From assembly GCA_963675525.2 (NCBI GenBank), contig CAXXSL010000016.1, positions 960,001 through 1,024,000 on the forward strand: a stretch of DNA of 64,000 nt, read 5' to 3'. Position numbers and translations under genes: made by a program. The notes beneath the pieces are model-generated. The model searched no databases. It saw only the letters and a program-made list of their open reading frames with translations, and was not told the DNA's origin. This DNA comes from Anaerohalosphaeraceae bacterium (GTDB lineage: Bacteria > Planctomycetota > Phycisphaerae > Sedimentisphaerales > Anaerohalosphaeraceae). Positions 27,094-38,070 of this stretch are shown here, in pieces. The first letter of the stretch is position 1, and every line of letters begins with the position of its first letter.

Positions 27094-29064
27094 ATGAGAA
27101 AAGCATTGTTATATTTCGTATGTTTATTGTTGGTTGGAACTGTCGCCCAAGCGTGGAATGTAGTCAATGTAAACTTCCAAAAAGATACCTTGATTCAAGA
27201 AACCAAGGGGGGAGCTGCGTTCGGTTCCGGTGTAACGATGACCTGGAACAACTATTACAGAGGGACAACATCCTTGATCAATGTTCGTGATTCGCTGAAT
27301 AATGTTACTACGGTCGATATCACTGCGAATCAGCCAAACGCTTGGGACACTGGATTCTTCAATGGCCTGACATATGGTGCGAATATAATGAACGGGTATG
27401 TTCATAATAATAACACCGGCTTTTACAACATGATTATCGCCGGGCTTACACCCAATGCTTCCTATGACCTGTACCTGTACGGCCATGGTGATAACGAGGC
27501 TCAAAACACCACATTTACAATTAGCGGGGTTTCAAAGACCAGCACGATTGGTGTGTCTGGTTTGACGGAACTGACCGAAAATGCCCACTATGTGGTATTT
27601 AGAGGTGTTCCTGCAGACACAAGCGGTCAAATTACGGTAAACTGGGGTAACGCCGGTAATTATGGAGCCGTCAACGGATTGCAGATTGTCCGATCAGCCC
27701 TGAATACGAAGGCAACAACTCCGAATCCTTACAATAATGAGTATATTGTCGATAGCCCGACAGCTTTAAGCTGGACGAATCCATTACCGCTTGATGGTTC
27801 AAGTTCAATCACCTGCACAGTCTATTTGGGAACCAATTCAAACCGTGCGAATATGGATAGTGTGACCCTGTCCCCCGATGTTTCGACAGTCCAGATCAAC
27901 ACGACCAATTTTCTGAACTTTGGCTCACTGCAGCGGGGGATTGACTACTACTGGATTGTGGATTGTGTGGATGCAACACCGTGGGCCGATCCGACAGATG
28001 GGCAGGGTGATACGTGGATGTTCCATAACTATTTGCCCGATCAGGATGGATTTGGCGGTCAGGCCACAGGTGGGGCGGGCGGAGCGATGGTGACTGTCAG
28101 CACAGAAGCTGATTTCCTGGATTATGCTACCCGGTCGGATCCCTATATTGTTCGTGTTTCCGGTACGATTGATTTGGGCGATTTCGGGCGTGTCTGGGTG
28201 ACGTCCAATAAAACAATTGAAGGTGTCGATCATAACGCTACGATCATGGGGAACATTCATATCCATACCGGTGTTACGAATGTGATTGTTCGAAATCTCA
28301 ATATTACAAATCGCAGTTATGACCCTGATGCTGATGAAGGTGATGATGGTATTACAGTGTGGGGGGCGAGCAATGTTTTTATCACGCATTGTAATATTTA
28401 TGACTGCTCTGATGGTTCCCTTGATATCACTCAAAACGCTGAAAATGTGACCGTGTCCTGGTGCAGGTTCAGCTATCCAAATCCTTCGGTTCCAAGCCAT
28501 TGTTTTGTCAGTATTGGCAGTGATGCACATATTACGTTCCACCATAACTGGTATGATATCGGTTGCGACCAACGGATGCCAGCTTCCTCAAACGGTTTTG
28601 TGCACATGTATAACAACTATTTCAGTTGTACCGGGAACTATTATTGCTCTAACGCCCGTGACAATGAACAGATCCTCAGTGAATATAATTACTATGACCA
28701 TGTGAATAGTCCGATTGGTATATCGGACGGGACGAATGGTTTAATCCGGACTGTCGGCAACATCTATGATACCTGTACCGGGACGATTCACCTCGGCACG
28801 GACAATGTATTTACGCCGACTTATGCATATACTACCGATGCTGTTGCAGATGTGCCAGAGATTGTCATTACCGGAGCCGGAACAATTCTTTATGGTGATA
28901 TGACGGGGGACGAAATAGTCGATGGGGACGATCTTGCCATCTTCTGCGGGCTCTGGCTGGATGACAGCAATTCGCTTGCGCCTTACCTGGATTTGAACAG
29001 TGACGGACAGGTGAGCCTCTATGAGTTTGCGGAATTTGCGAAAAATTGGCTATTGATATACTAA
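27094..29064 (+). CDS. Pectate lyase (PL1) with N-terminal accessory domains and dockerin-like tail
   Basis: GFGGQATGGAGG, SNKTIEG, DGSLDI, VTVSWC, TFHHNWY, QRMP, HMYNNY. Confidence 0.85.
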   Translation: MRKALLYFVCLLLVGTVAQAWNVVNVNFQKDTLIQETKGGAAFGSGVTMTWNNYYRGTTSLINVRDSLNNVTTVDITANQPNAWDTGFFNGLTYGANIMNGYVHNNNTGFYNMIIAGLTPNASYDLYLYGHGDNEAQNTTFTISGVSKTSTIGVSGLTELTENAHYVVFRGVPADTSGQITVNWGNAGNYGAVNGLQIVRSALNTKATTPNPYNNEYIVDSPTALSWTNPLPLDGSSSITCTVYLGTNSNRANMDSVTLSPDVSTVQINTTNFLNFGSLQRGIDYYWIVDCVDATPWADPTDGQGDTWMFHNYLPDQDGFGGQATGGAGGAMVTVSTEADFLDYATRSDPYIVRVSGTIDLGDFGRVWVTSNKTIEGVDHNATIMGNIHIHTGVTNVIVRNLNITNRSYDPDADEGDDGITVWGASNVFITHCNIYDCSDGSLDITQNAENVTVSWCRFSYPNPSVPSHCFVSIGSDAHITFHHNWYDIGCDQRMPASSNGFVHMYNNYFSCTGNYYCSNARDNEQILSEYNYYDHVNSPIGISDGTNGLIRTVGNIYDTCTGTIHLGTDNVFTPTYAYTTDAVADVPEIVITGAGTILYGDMTGDEIVDGDDLAIFCGLWLDDSNSLAPYLDLNSDGQVSLYEFAEFAKNWLLIY

Positions 29065-29209
29065 CAGCTCAAGGCACATAATTGAGTCGAAAAACATGAC
29101 GGGAATAGGGTATGAAATATTTATTCCCGTACTGTAAAAAAACTCATCCTAACTTTAATATCTTCCCAGATAGTGAGTTTTAGATAACTGAATTAAAGAG
29201 AATATAAAC

Positions 29210-31909
29210 ATGAAAAAAGAACGGATTATTTGGATTTTTGTTTTGCTTTTAGTTAGCCTTGTTCATGCGGGAATCAAAAAAAAGACGATTTATACGGATA
29301 CATCGGTTGATTTTGAAACGCGTACAGCGGATTTAGTTGAACGGATGACGCTGGAAGAAAAGATTTCCCAGTTAGGCGACGACGCTGCGGGAATCGAACG
29401 CCTTGGTATACCGCCATATAATTGGTGGAATGAATGTCTTCATGGCGTTGCCCGGGCGGGTACTGCGACCGTCTTTCCACAGGCGATTGGCATGGCGGCA
29501 AGCTTTGACCGGTCCGAGATGTATAAAGTGGCCTGTGTCATTAGTGACGAGGCGCGGGCCAAACATCATGAATTTGTGCGCAACCATGATTACGGAAAGT
29601 ATAAAGGACTTACATTCTGGTCGCCGAACATCAATATTTTCCGTGACCCTCGCTGGGGTCGCGGACAGGAGACCTACGGCGAAGATCCCTACTTAACGGG
29701 ACAGATGGGTATTCAATTCGTTCGCGGCCTTCAGGGCGATGATCCGAAATATCTGAAATTGGTGGCAACAGCCAAGCATTTCGCTGTACATAGCGGCCCG
29801 GAACCGGATCGTCACGAATTTAATGCGGTTACCAATGCCCGCGACCTGTGGGAAACGTATCTGCCCGCATTTTACGACCTGATCGTCACCGGCAAAGCCT
29901 ATTCCGTCATGGGGGCCTACAACCGCGTAGACGGCGAGTCGGCTTCAGCCAGTTGGATGCTGCTGCGGGATATTCTTCGCGAGCAGTGGGGTTTTGACGG
30001 GTATGTCGTCTCCGATTGCGGGGCGATTCGAGATATTTATCAAAGGCATAAGATTGTTGATACTGCCGAGGAAGCAGCGGCGATTGGCATTCGCCGAGGC
30101 TGTGACCTGAATTGCGGTGATGTGTATCGTCAGTCGTTGTTGGATGCCGTTAACAAAGGGTTGATTGATGAGGCCGAAATCGGTTTGGCTGTCTACCGTT
30201 TGATGCTGGCGCGAATGAAACTGGGAATGTTTGACCCTCCGGAGAAGGTTGTGTACGCGCAGATTTCTTATTCGGTCAACGATTGCGAAAAACATAATGA
30301 AACGGCGTTGGCGATGGCCCTCAAGACGATGACGCTGTTGAAAAATGATGGGATTCTGCCGCTGGATAAAAACAAAATCAAAACCATTGCTGTTGTGGGG
30401 CCCAATGCCGATAGTGTGGCGGCGCTGCGCGGCAACTACTATGGCGATGCTTCGCACCCTGTAACTGTCCTGGAAGGGATTCGTCGCGCCGTGGGCGAGA
30501 AGATAAAGGTGTTCAGCTCGGAGGGATGCCCTTTGGCTGAAGTTGAGGGCAGGACCAACGATCTAACTATTGGCTCGAAATACCTGTTTACCACCGATGC
30601 TTCTGGTCTCGAGATTTCAGGTTTAAAGGGAGACTATTACCGCGGTATTACACTGCAGGGCAAACCGATACTAACCCGCATTGACCCTGTTATTAAAATG
30701 GACTGGGGCGGTGGTTCACCAACGACAACGGAAATCGGTCAGGGGACTTTGCCAGAGGAACAGAAAATTGACGATGACAATTTTTCTGTTCGCTGGACCG
30801 GACAACTTGTCGCCCCTGTCGCTGGTTTTTACAAAATAGGTATCACCTCTGATGATGGGTCCCGGCTCTACATTGATGGCAAGAAAATCGTCGATGGTTG
30901 GTCCACTCACGGGATGGAGACTTTTCTTGCAGATATTAAGTTGGAAAAAGATAAACGATATGATATTAAAATCGAGTATTTCGAGGCAAGCAAGGATGCC
31001 GGCATCCACTTTGTCTGGAGACTGCCTGAATCAAAAAATCTCATAAAAGAGGAAACGGGATCTGTTATTGCCAGTCAGATGATGGAAGACGTGTCAAAAG
31101 CAGACGTGGCGATTTTTGTTGGCGGTCTTGATGGTTACTTGGAAGGCGAATCAATGGGCACTCAGGGCGATGGTTTCTATCGCGGTGACCGTACAAAAAT
31201 AGAATTACCTGCCATCCAGTTGCAAACACTCAGAGCGATGCAGAAAACCGGAACACCGGTTATCGTGGTTCTGTTGGCAGGCAGTCCGATTGCCTTTAAT
31301 GGCACCGATAAAGACATTCCGGCAATTCTGATAGGATGGTATCCCGGACAGCGCGGCGGCGATGCCGTAGCTGAGGTTCTGTTCGGTGACTATAATCCGG
31401 CAGGTCGGCTGCCGGTTACGTTCTATGCATCCACGGATGAACTTGCGGATTTCAGCGACTATAATATGAGGGCCGGGAAAGGGAGAACATACCGGTATTA
31501 CCGAGGCGAACCTTTATTCCCATTCGGACATGGGCTCAGCTATACGATGTTTAAGTATTCGAATATGAAGATGAGCCGGAACGAAATACAAGCTGATGAC
31601 ACAGTGACAGTTTCGGTGGACGTAACCAATACCGGCCAGCGAGATGGTGAGGAAGTCGTTCAGTTGTATGTGAGGAATGTGGAATCGTCATTGCCGATGC
31701 CGGTCAAACAGCTTTGCGGATTTGAGCGGATTGCATTGAAAAAGGGTCAGACGAAAAACGTGACCTTTACCTTAAAACCGATTGACGATATGCGTTATTA
31801 TGATGCTCAGAAACAGGCATATACGGTTGAGCTAGGCGACTTTGAGATACAGATCGGCGCCTCAAGTCGCGATATCAGGCAAAAAGGCACACTAATCGTA
31901 GTAAAATAA
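29210..31909 (+). CDS. GH3 beta-xylosidase/beta-glucosidase with PA14 insert and FnIII-like C-terminal domain
   Basis: WWNECLHGV, FWSPNINIFRDPRWGRGQETYGEDP, KHFA, VSDCGA, PFGHGLSYT. Confidence 0.92.
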   Translation: MKKERIIWIFVLLLVSLVHAGIKKKTIYTDTSVDFETRTADLVERMTLEEKISQLGDDAAGIERLGIPPYNWWNECLHGVARAGTATVFPQAIGMAASFDRSEMYKVACVISDEARAKHHEFVRNHDYGKYKGLTFWSPNINIFRDPRWGRGQETYGEDPYLTGQMGIQFVRGLQGDDPKYLKLVATAKHFAVHSGPEPDRHEFNAVTNARDLWETYLPAFYDLIVTGKAYSVMGAYNRVDGESASASWMLLRDILREQWGFDGYVVSDCGAIRDIYQRHKIVDTAEEAAAIGIRRGCDLNCGDVYRQSLLDAVNKGLIDEAEIGLAVYRLMLARMKLGMFDPPEKVVYAQISYSVNDCEKHNETALAMALKTMTLLKNDGILPLDKNKIKTIAVVGPNADSVAALRGNYYGDASHPVTVLEGIRRAVGEKIKVFSSEGCPLAEVEGRTNDLTIGSKYLFTTDASGLEISGLKGDYYRGITLQGKPILTRIDPVIKMDWGGGSPTTTEIGQGTLPEEQKIDDDNFSVRWTGQLVAPVAGFYKIGITSDDGSRLYIDGKKIVDGWSTHGMETFLADIKLEKDKRYDIKIEYFEASKDAGIHFVWRLPESKNLIKEETGSVIASQMMEDVSKADVAIFVGGLDGYLEGESMGTQGDGFYRGDRTKIELPAIQLQTLRAMQKTGTPVIVVLLAGSPIAFNGTDKDIPAILIGWYPGQRGGDAVAEVLFGDYNPAGRLPVTFYASTDELADFSDYNMRAGKGRTYRYYRGEPLFPFGHGLSYTMFKYSNMKMSRNEIQADDTVTVSVDVTNTGQRDGEEVVQLYVRNVESSLPMPVKQLCGFERIALKKGQTKNVTFTLKPIDDMRYYDAQKQAYTVELGDFEIQIGASSRDIRQKGTLIVVK

Positions 31910-31984
31910 ATTGTATTAGAATATTTCAGATTTTTTAATCAGCGAGTTCTTCTCATTGTGAAACTCGATCATACCTTGCTTATG

Positions 31985-32028
31985 TCGATTTAGCGAGCCT
32001 GTCTTCATCAGCAGCATCGTTCAAGGTC
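31985..32028 (-). repeat. Degenerate third copy of the transposase-start repeat (see 45083 and 46454)
   Basis: Minus strand GACCTTGAACGATGCTGCTGATGA versus GACCTTGGACGATGCTGCTGATGA. Confidence 0.7.
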
Positions 32029-32106
32029 CCTTGACTGTAGCACTTGCTAATAGGATAAAGGATTGAAATATGATAAACATCACTCTATAACATTGTGAAA
32101 GGCATG

Positions 32107-34095
32107 GTCGAGTAGACGTAATATGGACCTTTTGCGTAGGCATACTTTGTATTCCCTGTTGCTCCCCTCTTTCGATTGGGGAGTGTCACAGTATTTTGCC
32201 ATACAAAAGGGCTTCAACGCCCCTCACAGAACCGGACTTGAAGATTTCCCTCATCCGGCTCTTCAGCATATTTCCCAACAACGTCGATAGTCAATAGAAT
32301 TTATGCATAATATGCGGGACCGGCAAGGAATAATGCTCTGAGTATTCTGTAAACCGTTTCCAACTCCATCGATTACGCTGACTACGCCGGTTGAGCCACT
32401 TGTGTACCATCCGCATCACTTGATAATGGAATACCTTTAGCATTCTGCTGTTACCACTGACGCCATAGTATTGGTAGTGACCCCGTAGTTTCGACGCCAG
32501 CATCAGCCACCAGCCCTTGGTCTTGCAGTAATTCCGTACAGACCTGAGCCACTCATTTATGGCCCGACAAGCTCTGTGGAATCGCTTCGCACTGGTGCGG
32601 CGGCTTAGCATATACCAGCCCTCGCGGGTGCGATGCCAATAATGGGTAAAACCCAAAAAGTCAAACGTATAGGGCTTTCGGCCCTGCCGTTTGGCATTTT
32701 CAGGTTCCTTGCGGCTGAAACTGATTGTCCGCGTCTTCTCTGGGTGGAGGGTCAATGAGAACTTCTCAAAGCGGTCTTTTAAGGCCTGCTCAATCATACA
32801 AGCATCTGATTGTTTCTGCGTCATGATGAGAAAATCATCGGCATATCGAACCAGATAGACCACCCCTGCCGCCTGCGATTTGATACGTTTCTCAAACCAC
32901 AGATCCAACACATAGTGCAGAAAAATGTTGGCTAACATCGGACTTAGATTTCCACCTTGGGGAGTTCCCTGTTCAGTCTTGATCAATTGACCCTCTTCTA
33001 CATACCCCGCTTTCAGAAAGCGGCGTATCAGCAGTAGAAAACTGGGGTCTTTAATACGGACTTCCAGCATTTTCAGTAACCAGTTATGCGAAACGTTATC
33101 AAAGAAACCTTTGATATCCGCCTCAATCACATATCCTACTGGTTGCTTCATGATAATCTGGTCAACTGCTCGCAATGCATCATGGCAACTCCGGTTAGGC
33201 CGGAAGCCATAGGAACAGTCCAGAAAATCTTCTTCATAGATCGCTTCCAATATCCGAGCAATCCCTTTCTGCACAATCTTGTCCTCTAATGCTGGTAATC
33301 CCAGCGGACGCTTCTCATGCTCGTTTTTAGGGATGTATACTCGTTTAGCTGGTCTCGGTCTATACTGCTTTGCTTTCATCCGTTCGACTAAACTGGCAAG
33401 GTTCTCTTCAAGGTTTTCACCATAATCCTGCCAACTTACACCATCAATGCCACTGGCTCGGTCTCGGCCAAGCTCAAGATAGCATTCCCGAAGGAACTCC
33501 CTGTTCAGTAAATGAGCTAGGCTCGTAAACTGCAACTTCGGCTCCTTTCGGGCACGTTCTGATAGGAGAGGCAAAAGTGACAACGTACTGTTATCCATCT
33601 CTGGGTATGGCATTACGTTTCCTTTCCTCTCTGCAACATACTGCCGGCCCCTTTGAGTGAGCGATATGCTCCACCGGGCATTACCTCGGCTACACCTCTA
33701 CTATGAGCCGGTCCGACTGCCACACTGCCATACCTCCGCCTTGCTTCTTCAGCTTGTTGGAGGCTTTGTTTGAGAACAGTATGGCTCTCCCAAGTTCCGC
33801 TGTGAACCGTTGAATGACCCGCTGTGGACTTCGACCCCGGCACGCCGCTGACACACTCGCCCATTGTCGTGTGCAACGATACTGGCTTCCGAATGGAGTA
33901 GCTCTTGGCCCAGTGCAACATTGTCAAATTTCGGGGCTCAACACCTTCACTTACGTTACGGCTGATCATTCGCCTTTCCTTAAGCGCTGCATACCTCGTT
34001 ACCTCGATATACATTAAGTTCAGTTCTGACCTGGTGGCTAACCTTTGGTCAGGCTGGATTGTCCAGCTGATTCACAACAGCTTACCTTGGCGCAC
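32107..34095 (-). mobile_element. Group II intron, apparently intact (class E/F-like), intergenic
   Basis: 5' GTGCG at 34095; domain V at 32229-32261; 3' end CTACTCGAC; EBS1 ACTCCA (33899-33894) is perfectly complementary to IBS1 TGGAGT (34101-34096). Confidence 0.93.
32291..33613 (-). CDS. ltrA: Group II intron reverse transcriptase/maturase
   Basis: FTSLAH, RVYIPK, GTPQGGNLSP, RYADD, FDFLGF, maturase domain; no endonuclease domain. Confidence 0.95.
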   Translation of the reverse strand: MPYPEMDNSTLSLLPLLSERARKEPKLQFTSLAHLLNREFLRECYLELGRDRASGIDGVSWQDYGENLEENLASLVERMKAKQYRPRPAKRVYIPKNEHEKRPLGLPALEDKIVQKGIARILEAIYEEDFLDCSYGFRPNRSCHDALRAVDQIIMKQPVGYVIEADIKGFFDNVSHNWLLKMLEVRIKDPSFLLLIRRFLKAGYVEEGQLIKTEQGTPQGGNLSPMLANIFLHYVLDLWFEKRIKSQAAGVVYLVRYADDFLIMTQKQSDACMIEQALKDRFEKFSLTLHPEKTRTISFSRKEPENAKRQGRKPYTFDFLGFTHYWHRTREGWYMLSRRTSAKRFHRACRAINEWLRSVRNYCKTKGWWLMLASKLRGHYQYYGVSGNSRMLKVFHYQVMRMVHKWLNRRSQRNRWSWKRFTEYSEHYSLPVPHIMHKFY

Positions 34096-34626
34096 ACTCC
34101 ATTTTGTCTCCATGATCATCAAAAAATACGGTTTTTTCGATTATAAGACGTTATTTTTTTGTCCAAGAACCAAGATTTTGAATAATTTTTACATGAAAAT
34201 AGTATATTAAAAATGTTTGCATTTTTTGAGTATTTCTTAAGTCATTGATATTGCTACCCTTAGGGGTTTGTTATTTATGCGGTTTCATGGGCTATTCAGT
34301 GTTTTGGTTGTAGAAGAGTTGTATGCCTTTCGTTGTCCTCAAGTCCTTTTACTATGGCAACTCTACTGTCCGTCAGCACCTCATTTCTATTCAATTGTAT
34401 TTTGATCGTGCGGACAACCTCAAATGGCGAGGACTTGTATATTTCTAAAAGCAAGCATGAATCCATCGTCCTATAATAGCCGCAAGCAATGCTCGGTAAT
34501 TTTACCTAATTTAAAAAAACTGATTAATCCGGCCTCTGAATGAGCCGAAAAACGAAATGACAGCAGGGATGTTTCATCCAGAGGAAGGCCTGTGTGGGCT
34601 TGACTATCAGGAATATTAGAGGCTAT

Positions 34627-35121
34627 ATGGATTTTACAGAGAAAGAGAATTCGATGGAAGAAAACACGAAGGTAATCGGAATTGACGCCGAGCAGGCTGT
34701 CGCTGTTGAAGATGCAGCCCCTGATGAAATGACACCACCAGCAGATGAAGAGGTTAAATCGCGGATACTCATTGTTGATGATACTGAAGATATTGTTAAG
34801 TTGGTAAAAATGTATCTTGAGCATCATCACTATGAGGTCATCACTGCCTATGATGGTCAGGAAGGACTTGATAAGGCGAAAGCCGAAAGTCCGGACCTCA
34901 TCATCTTGGATTTGATGCTGCCCCGGATAAACGGCTATAAGATTTGCGGGCTGCTCAAAAGGGATTCACGGTATGCAAAGATTCCCATCGTCATATTTTC
35001 GGCGAAGACGCAGGAAAAAGACATGAAGCTTGGTGAAGATGTCGGTGCTGACGCATACTTGACAAAACCCTTTGAACCCGAGGTCTTACTGTCAAAGATT
35101 AAAGCGCTTTTGGTAAGGTAA
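34627..35121 (+). CDS. Single-domain response regulator (receiver) with acidic N-terminal extension
   Basis: ILIVDD, PDLIILDLMLP, FSAK, YLTKPF. Confidence 0.9.
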   Translation: MDFTEKENSMEENTKVIGIDAEQAVAVEDAAPDEMTPPADEEVKSRILIVDDTEDIVKLVKMYLEHHHYEVITAYDGQEGLDKAKAESPDLIILDLMLPRINGYKICGLLKRDSRYAKIPIVIFSAKTQEKDMKLGEDVGADAYLTKPFEPEVLLSKIKALLVR

Positions 35122-35129
35122 TATGCACG

Positions 35130-36748
35130 ATGGCAATCGCTCAGGAAAGAATGCTTGGTGAGAGTCTGGTTGAAAAAGGACTGCTCACTGACGAACAACT
35201 CCGGCAGGCGGAACTTCGAGCCAAGGCCGACGGAGAGCCGTTGCGCAAAGCGCTTGTCAAAAAAGGCCTCATCAGCGAGGAGGATCTCGCGGAATTTCTG
35301 AGCCAGGAACTCGATCTTCCCTTTATCGATTTGACCAATTATTTGATTGAATCAGACGTGATTGATTTGGTGCCGGAGCTTCTGGCCCGAAAACATCTTG
35401 TTGTTCCTATTTTAAAAATAGGTAACGATTTAACCGTGGCTATGGTGGACCCCTCGGACATCTTTGCGGTTGATGAACTGCATATGAAAACCGACCTTAA
35501 TATTGAACTGGCACTCGCTACGGAATCAGAAGTCAATAAGGCCCTGGATAAACATTACTCGGCCAGGGGTTCGATGGAAGAAGTTATCGGCAGCCTGGAC
35601 CGGGAAAAGCTGGGCATTCATCACAAACAAGAGCCGGAGTTGAACAAACTCCAGGTGATTTCCGAATCGCCGCCGGTTGTCAAACTGGTTAATATGATGA
35701 TCATCGAGGCAATCCATCAGGGAACCAGTGATATCCATATCGAACCGGAGGAGAATTCGCTAAAGGTCCGATTCAGAATCGATGGACTTCTGCACGAACG
35801 CCCCGGACCGCCGAAATATCTGCAATCGGCAGTTATCTCTCGAATCAAGATCATGGCCGAGATGGATATTTCCGAAAAAAGAGTTCCCCAGGACGGCCGT
35901 ATTCAGCTGAAACTGAAGGCCGTGATATCGATATCCGTGTTTCCTGCATTCCTACGATCTATGGTGAAAATGTGGTTTTACGTCTTCTGGATAAAAGCCA
36001 AGTGATTGTAGGATTAGACCAATTGGGTTTTTCATCTTCTATTCTGACTCAATATAAAAAGTTAATCCGATCTCCGCATGGGATTATATTGGTGTGCGGT
36101 CCAACGGGTTCGGGCAAAACAACCACGTTGTACGCTTGCCTGAATGCGATCAACTCTGAAGACAAAAATATTCACACGGTTGAGGACCCTATCGAATACC
36201 ATCTTGCCGGTATTCGGCAGATGCACATTAATCCTAAAGTCGGGCTTTTATTTGATAATGCCTTGTCTGCTCTCTTGAGACAAGACCCCGACGTCATCAT
36301 GGTTGGAGAAATTCGCAATACCGAAACCGCTAAAGCCGCTGTTCAGGCGGCATTAACGGGCCACCTTGTTTTTTCGACGCTTCACACCAATGATGCTCCA
36401 AGTGCGGTGACACGACTTGTCGATATGGGGATTGAACCATTTTTGATTTCGTCTTCTGTTATAGGGGTATTGTCGCAGCGGCTGGTCCGTGCAATCTGTC
36501 GCGAGTGCAAAGGCAAAGGCTGCAAAGCGTGCCTTAAGACAGGATTTAAGGGCCGAATCGGGATTTTCGAGCTAATGGTACCTGACCAGAAAATCAGGGA
36601 ACTCATCAATGAGAAAGCGTCGTCTGACCAAATACGCAGTGCTGCGGTCGAAGCGGGTATGCAGCGGCTTTATGAAGATGGACGGAATAAAGTCAATGAC
36701 GGCCTTACGACCATTGAAGAAGTTTTGCGTGTTACTGAGGAGACATAA
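35130..36748 (+). CDS. gspE: GspE/PilB-type assembly ATPase, frameshifted near 35920
   Basis: N-terminal LGE.LV.KGL repeats, [52 protein letters not shown] across two ORFs. Confidence 0.9.
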
Positions 36749-36751
36749 ATT

Positions 36752-37966
36752 TTGGCTACTTTCAGCTATCGAGCAAGAGATAACACCGGTCGATTGATTC
36801 GGGGCGCAATCGAGGCGCTGTCACAGGAAGAAGTGGCAGATAAATTGCAGCGGATGGACTATGCGCCCGTATCCATTACCGAAGTGATTGCCAGCTTGAA
36901 ACTGGATCGGTTCGACGGCATATTCAAACGGATTAAAAACCAGGACATTGTTATGTTTAATGTTCAGTTCGCCAATCTGTTGAGTTCCGGCTTAACCATA
37001 ACAACCAGTCTGAATACATTGAAAATACAGAATGAAAACAAGAAAATGCGTGAGGTTGTAAGCGGGGTATACGATAGCGTAGAGGCAGGAGAGAGTCTTT
37101 CGGCCGCACTTTCAAAATACCCGAAAGTTTTTACGAATTTATTTATCAGCATGGTAAGGGCCGCAGAGATTGGCGGTGATTTAGCAGGTGTCTTGAATCG
37201 GTATGCCGAATTTTCTGAGTCTCAGATGGCGCTGCAGCGAAAAATAAAAGAAGCCCTGTTTTATCCCGTTATCTTAATTGCAGCAGCCATCGGGGTCACT
37301 GTTTTTATGGCGACTTTTCTGATTCCGAAGTTTGTCGAGATATTCAATCAAACGGGGATTGAACTACCTCTGCCTACGGTCATCCTTTATTGTGTGGGCA
37401 CTGCTATTCGAAAATTCTGGTATCTCATTATCCTGGCGATTGCTTTTATTGTTTTTGGCATTAAAAAATACCTCAAAACCAAAACGGGCAAACTCAAGTT
37501 TGACACGCTCATTTTGAAACTGCCTCTTCTGGGATCGATATTTCGTAAAATCTTTATTTCTCGTTTTGCCCGCACACTGGCCACCCTGATCGGCGGCGGT
37601 GTACCTATTTTGGAGTCCCTGCAGACTGTCAGGGAGGTGGTGAACAACAAGGTGTTTGACCGGACCATCAAACATGTATGCAAATCTGTAGAAAAAGGCG
37701 TCAGTCTTGCTGAAAGTCTTCATCTCAGCGGAGAGTTCCCACCGGATGCCGTTCAGATGATCAGCGTGGGTGAAGAATCCGGAAACCTTGCAAAGATGTT
37801 AAATAAGATCAGCGAGTTTTATGATCGGAATACCGATTACAGCATCAAACGAATGGTCGCAAGCCTGGAACCCATCCTTTTGGTGGGAATGGGAGTGATC
37901 GTCGCTTTCACAATGGCTTCCATGTTTTTCCCGATGTTTGATATGGCTAAAATGTTAAAAAGATAG
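36752..37966 (+). CDS. gspF: GspF/PilC inner-membrane platform protein
   Basis: FSYRARD..G, GESLS.AL..YPKVF, ALFYP, MISVGEESG.L, LEP. Confidence 0.92.
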   Translation: MATFSYRARDNTGRLIRGAIEALSQEEVADKLQRMDYAPVSITEVIASLKLDRFDGIFKRIKNQDIVMFNVQFANLLSSGLTITTSLNTLKIQNENKKMREVVSGVYDSVEAGESLSAALSKYPKVFTNLFISMVRAAEIGGDLAGVLNRYAEFSESQMALQRKIKEALFYPVILIAAAIGVTVFMATFLIPKFVEIFNQTGIELPLPTVILYCVGTAIRKFWYLIILAIAFIVFGIKKYLKTKTGKLKFDTLILKLPLLGSIFRKIFISRFARTLATLIGGGVPILESLQTVREVVNNKVFDRTIKHVCKSVEKGVSLAESLHLSGEFPPDAVQMISVGEESGNLAKMLNKISEFYDRNTDYSIKRMVASLEPILLVGMGVIVAFTMASMFFPMFDMAKMLKR

Positions 37967-38070
37967 ACATGACTTTATTTGGAGAGAATCAAATGAATAC
38001 GATTTATTTAACCGAACAAAAAGGGGAATTACAGTCTATTATGACAGATAAGAAGAAAGGACAGATTAAA

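Noticed and set aside
15107..33613. RTs as retron, DGR or CRISPR-associated RT
   Set aside because: Both have maturase domains and flanking domain V/VI RNA; no template/variable repeat pair or msr-msd was seen.
33613..34014. 133 aa ORF upstream of the second RT
   Set aside because: Falls within the structured intron RNA 5' of the RT gene; no protein features.
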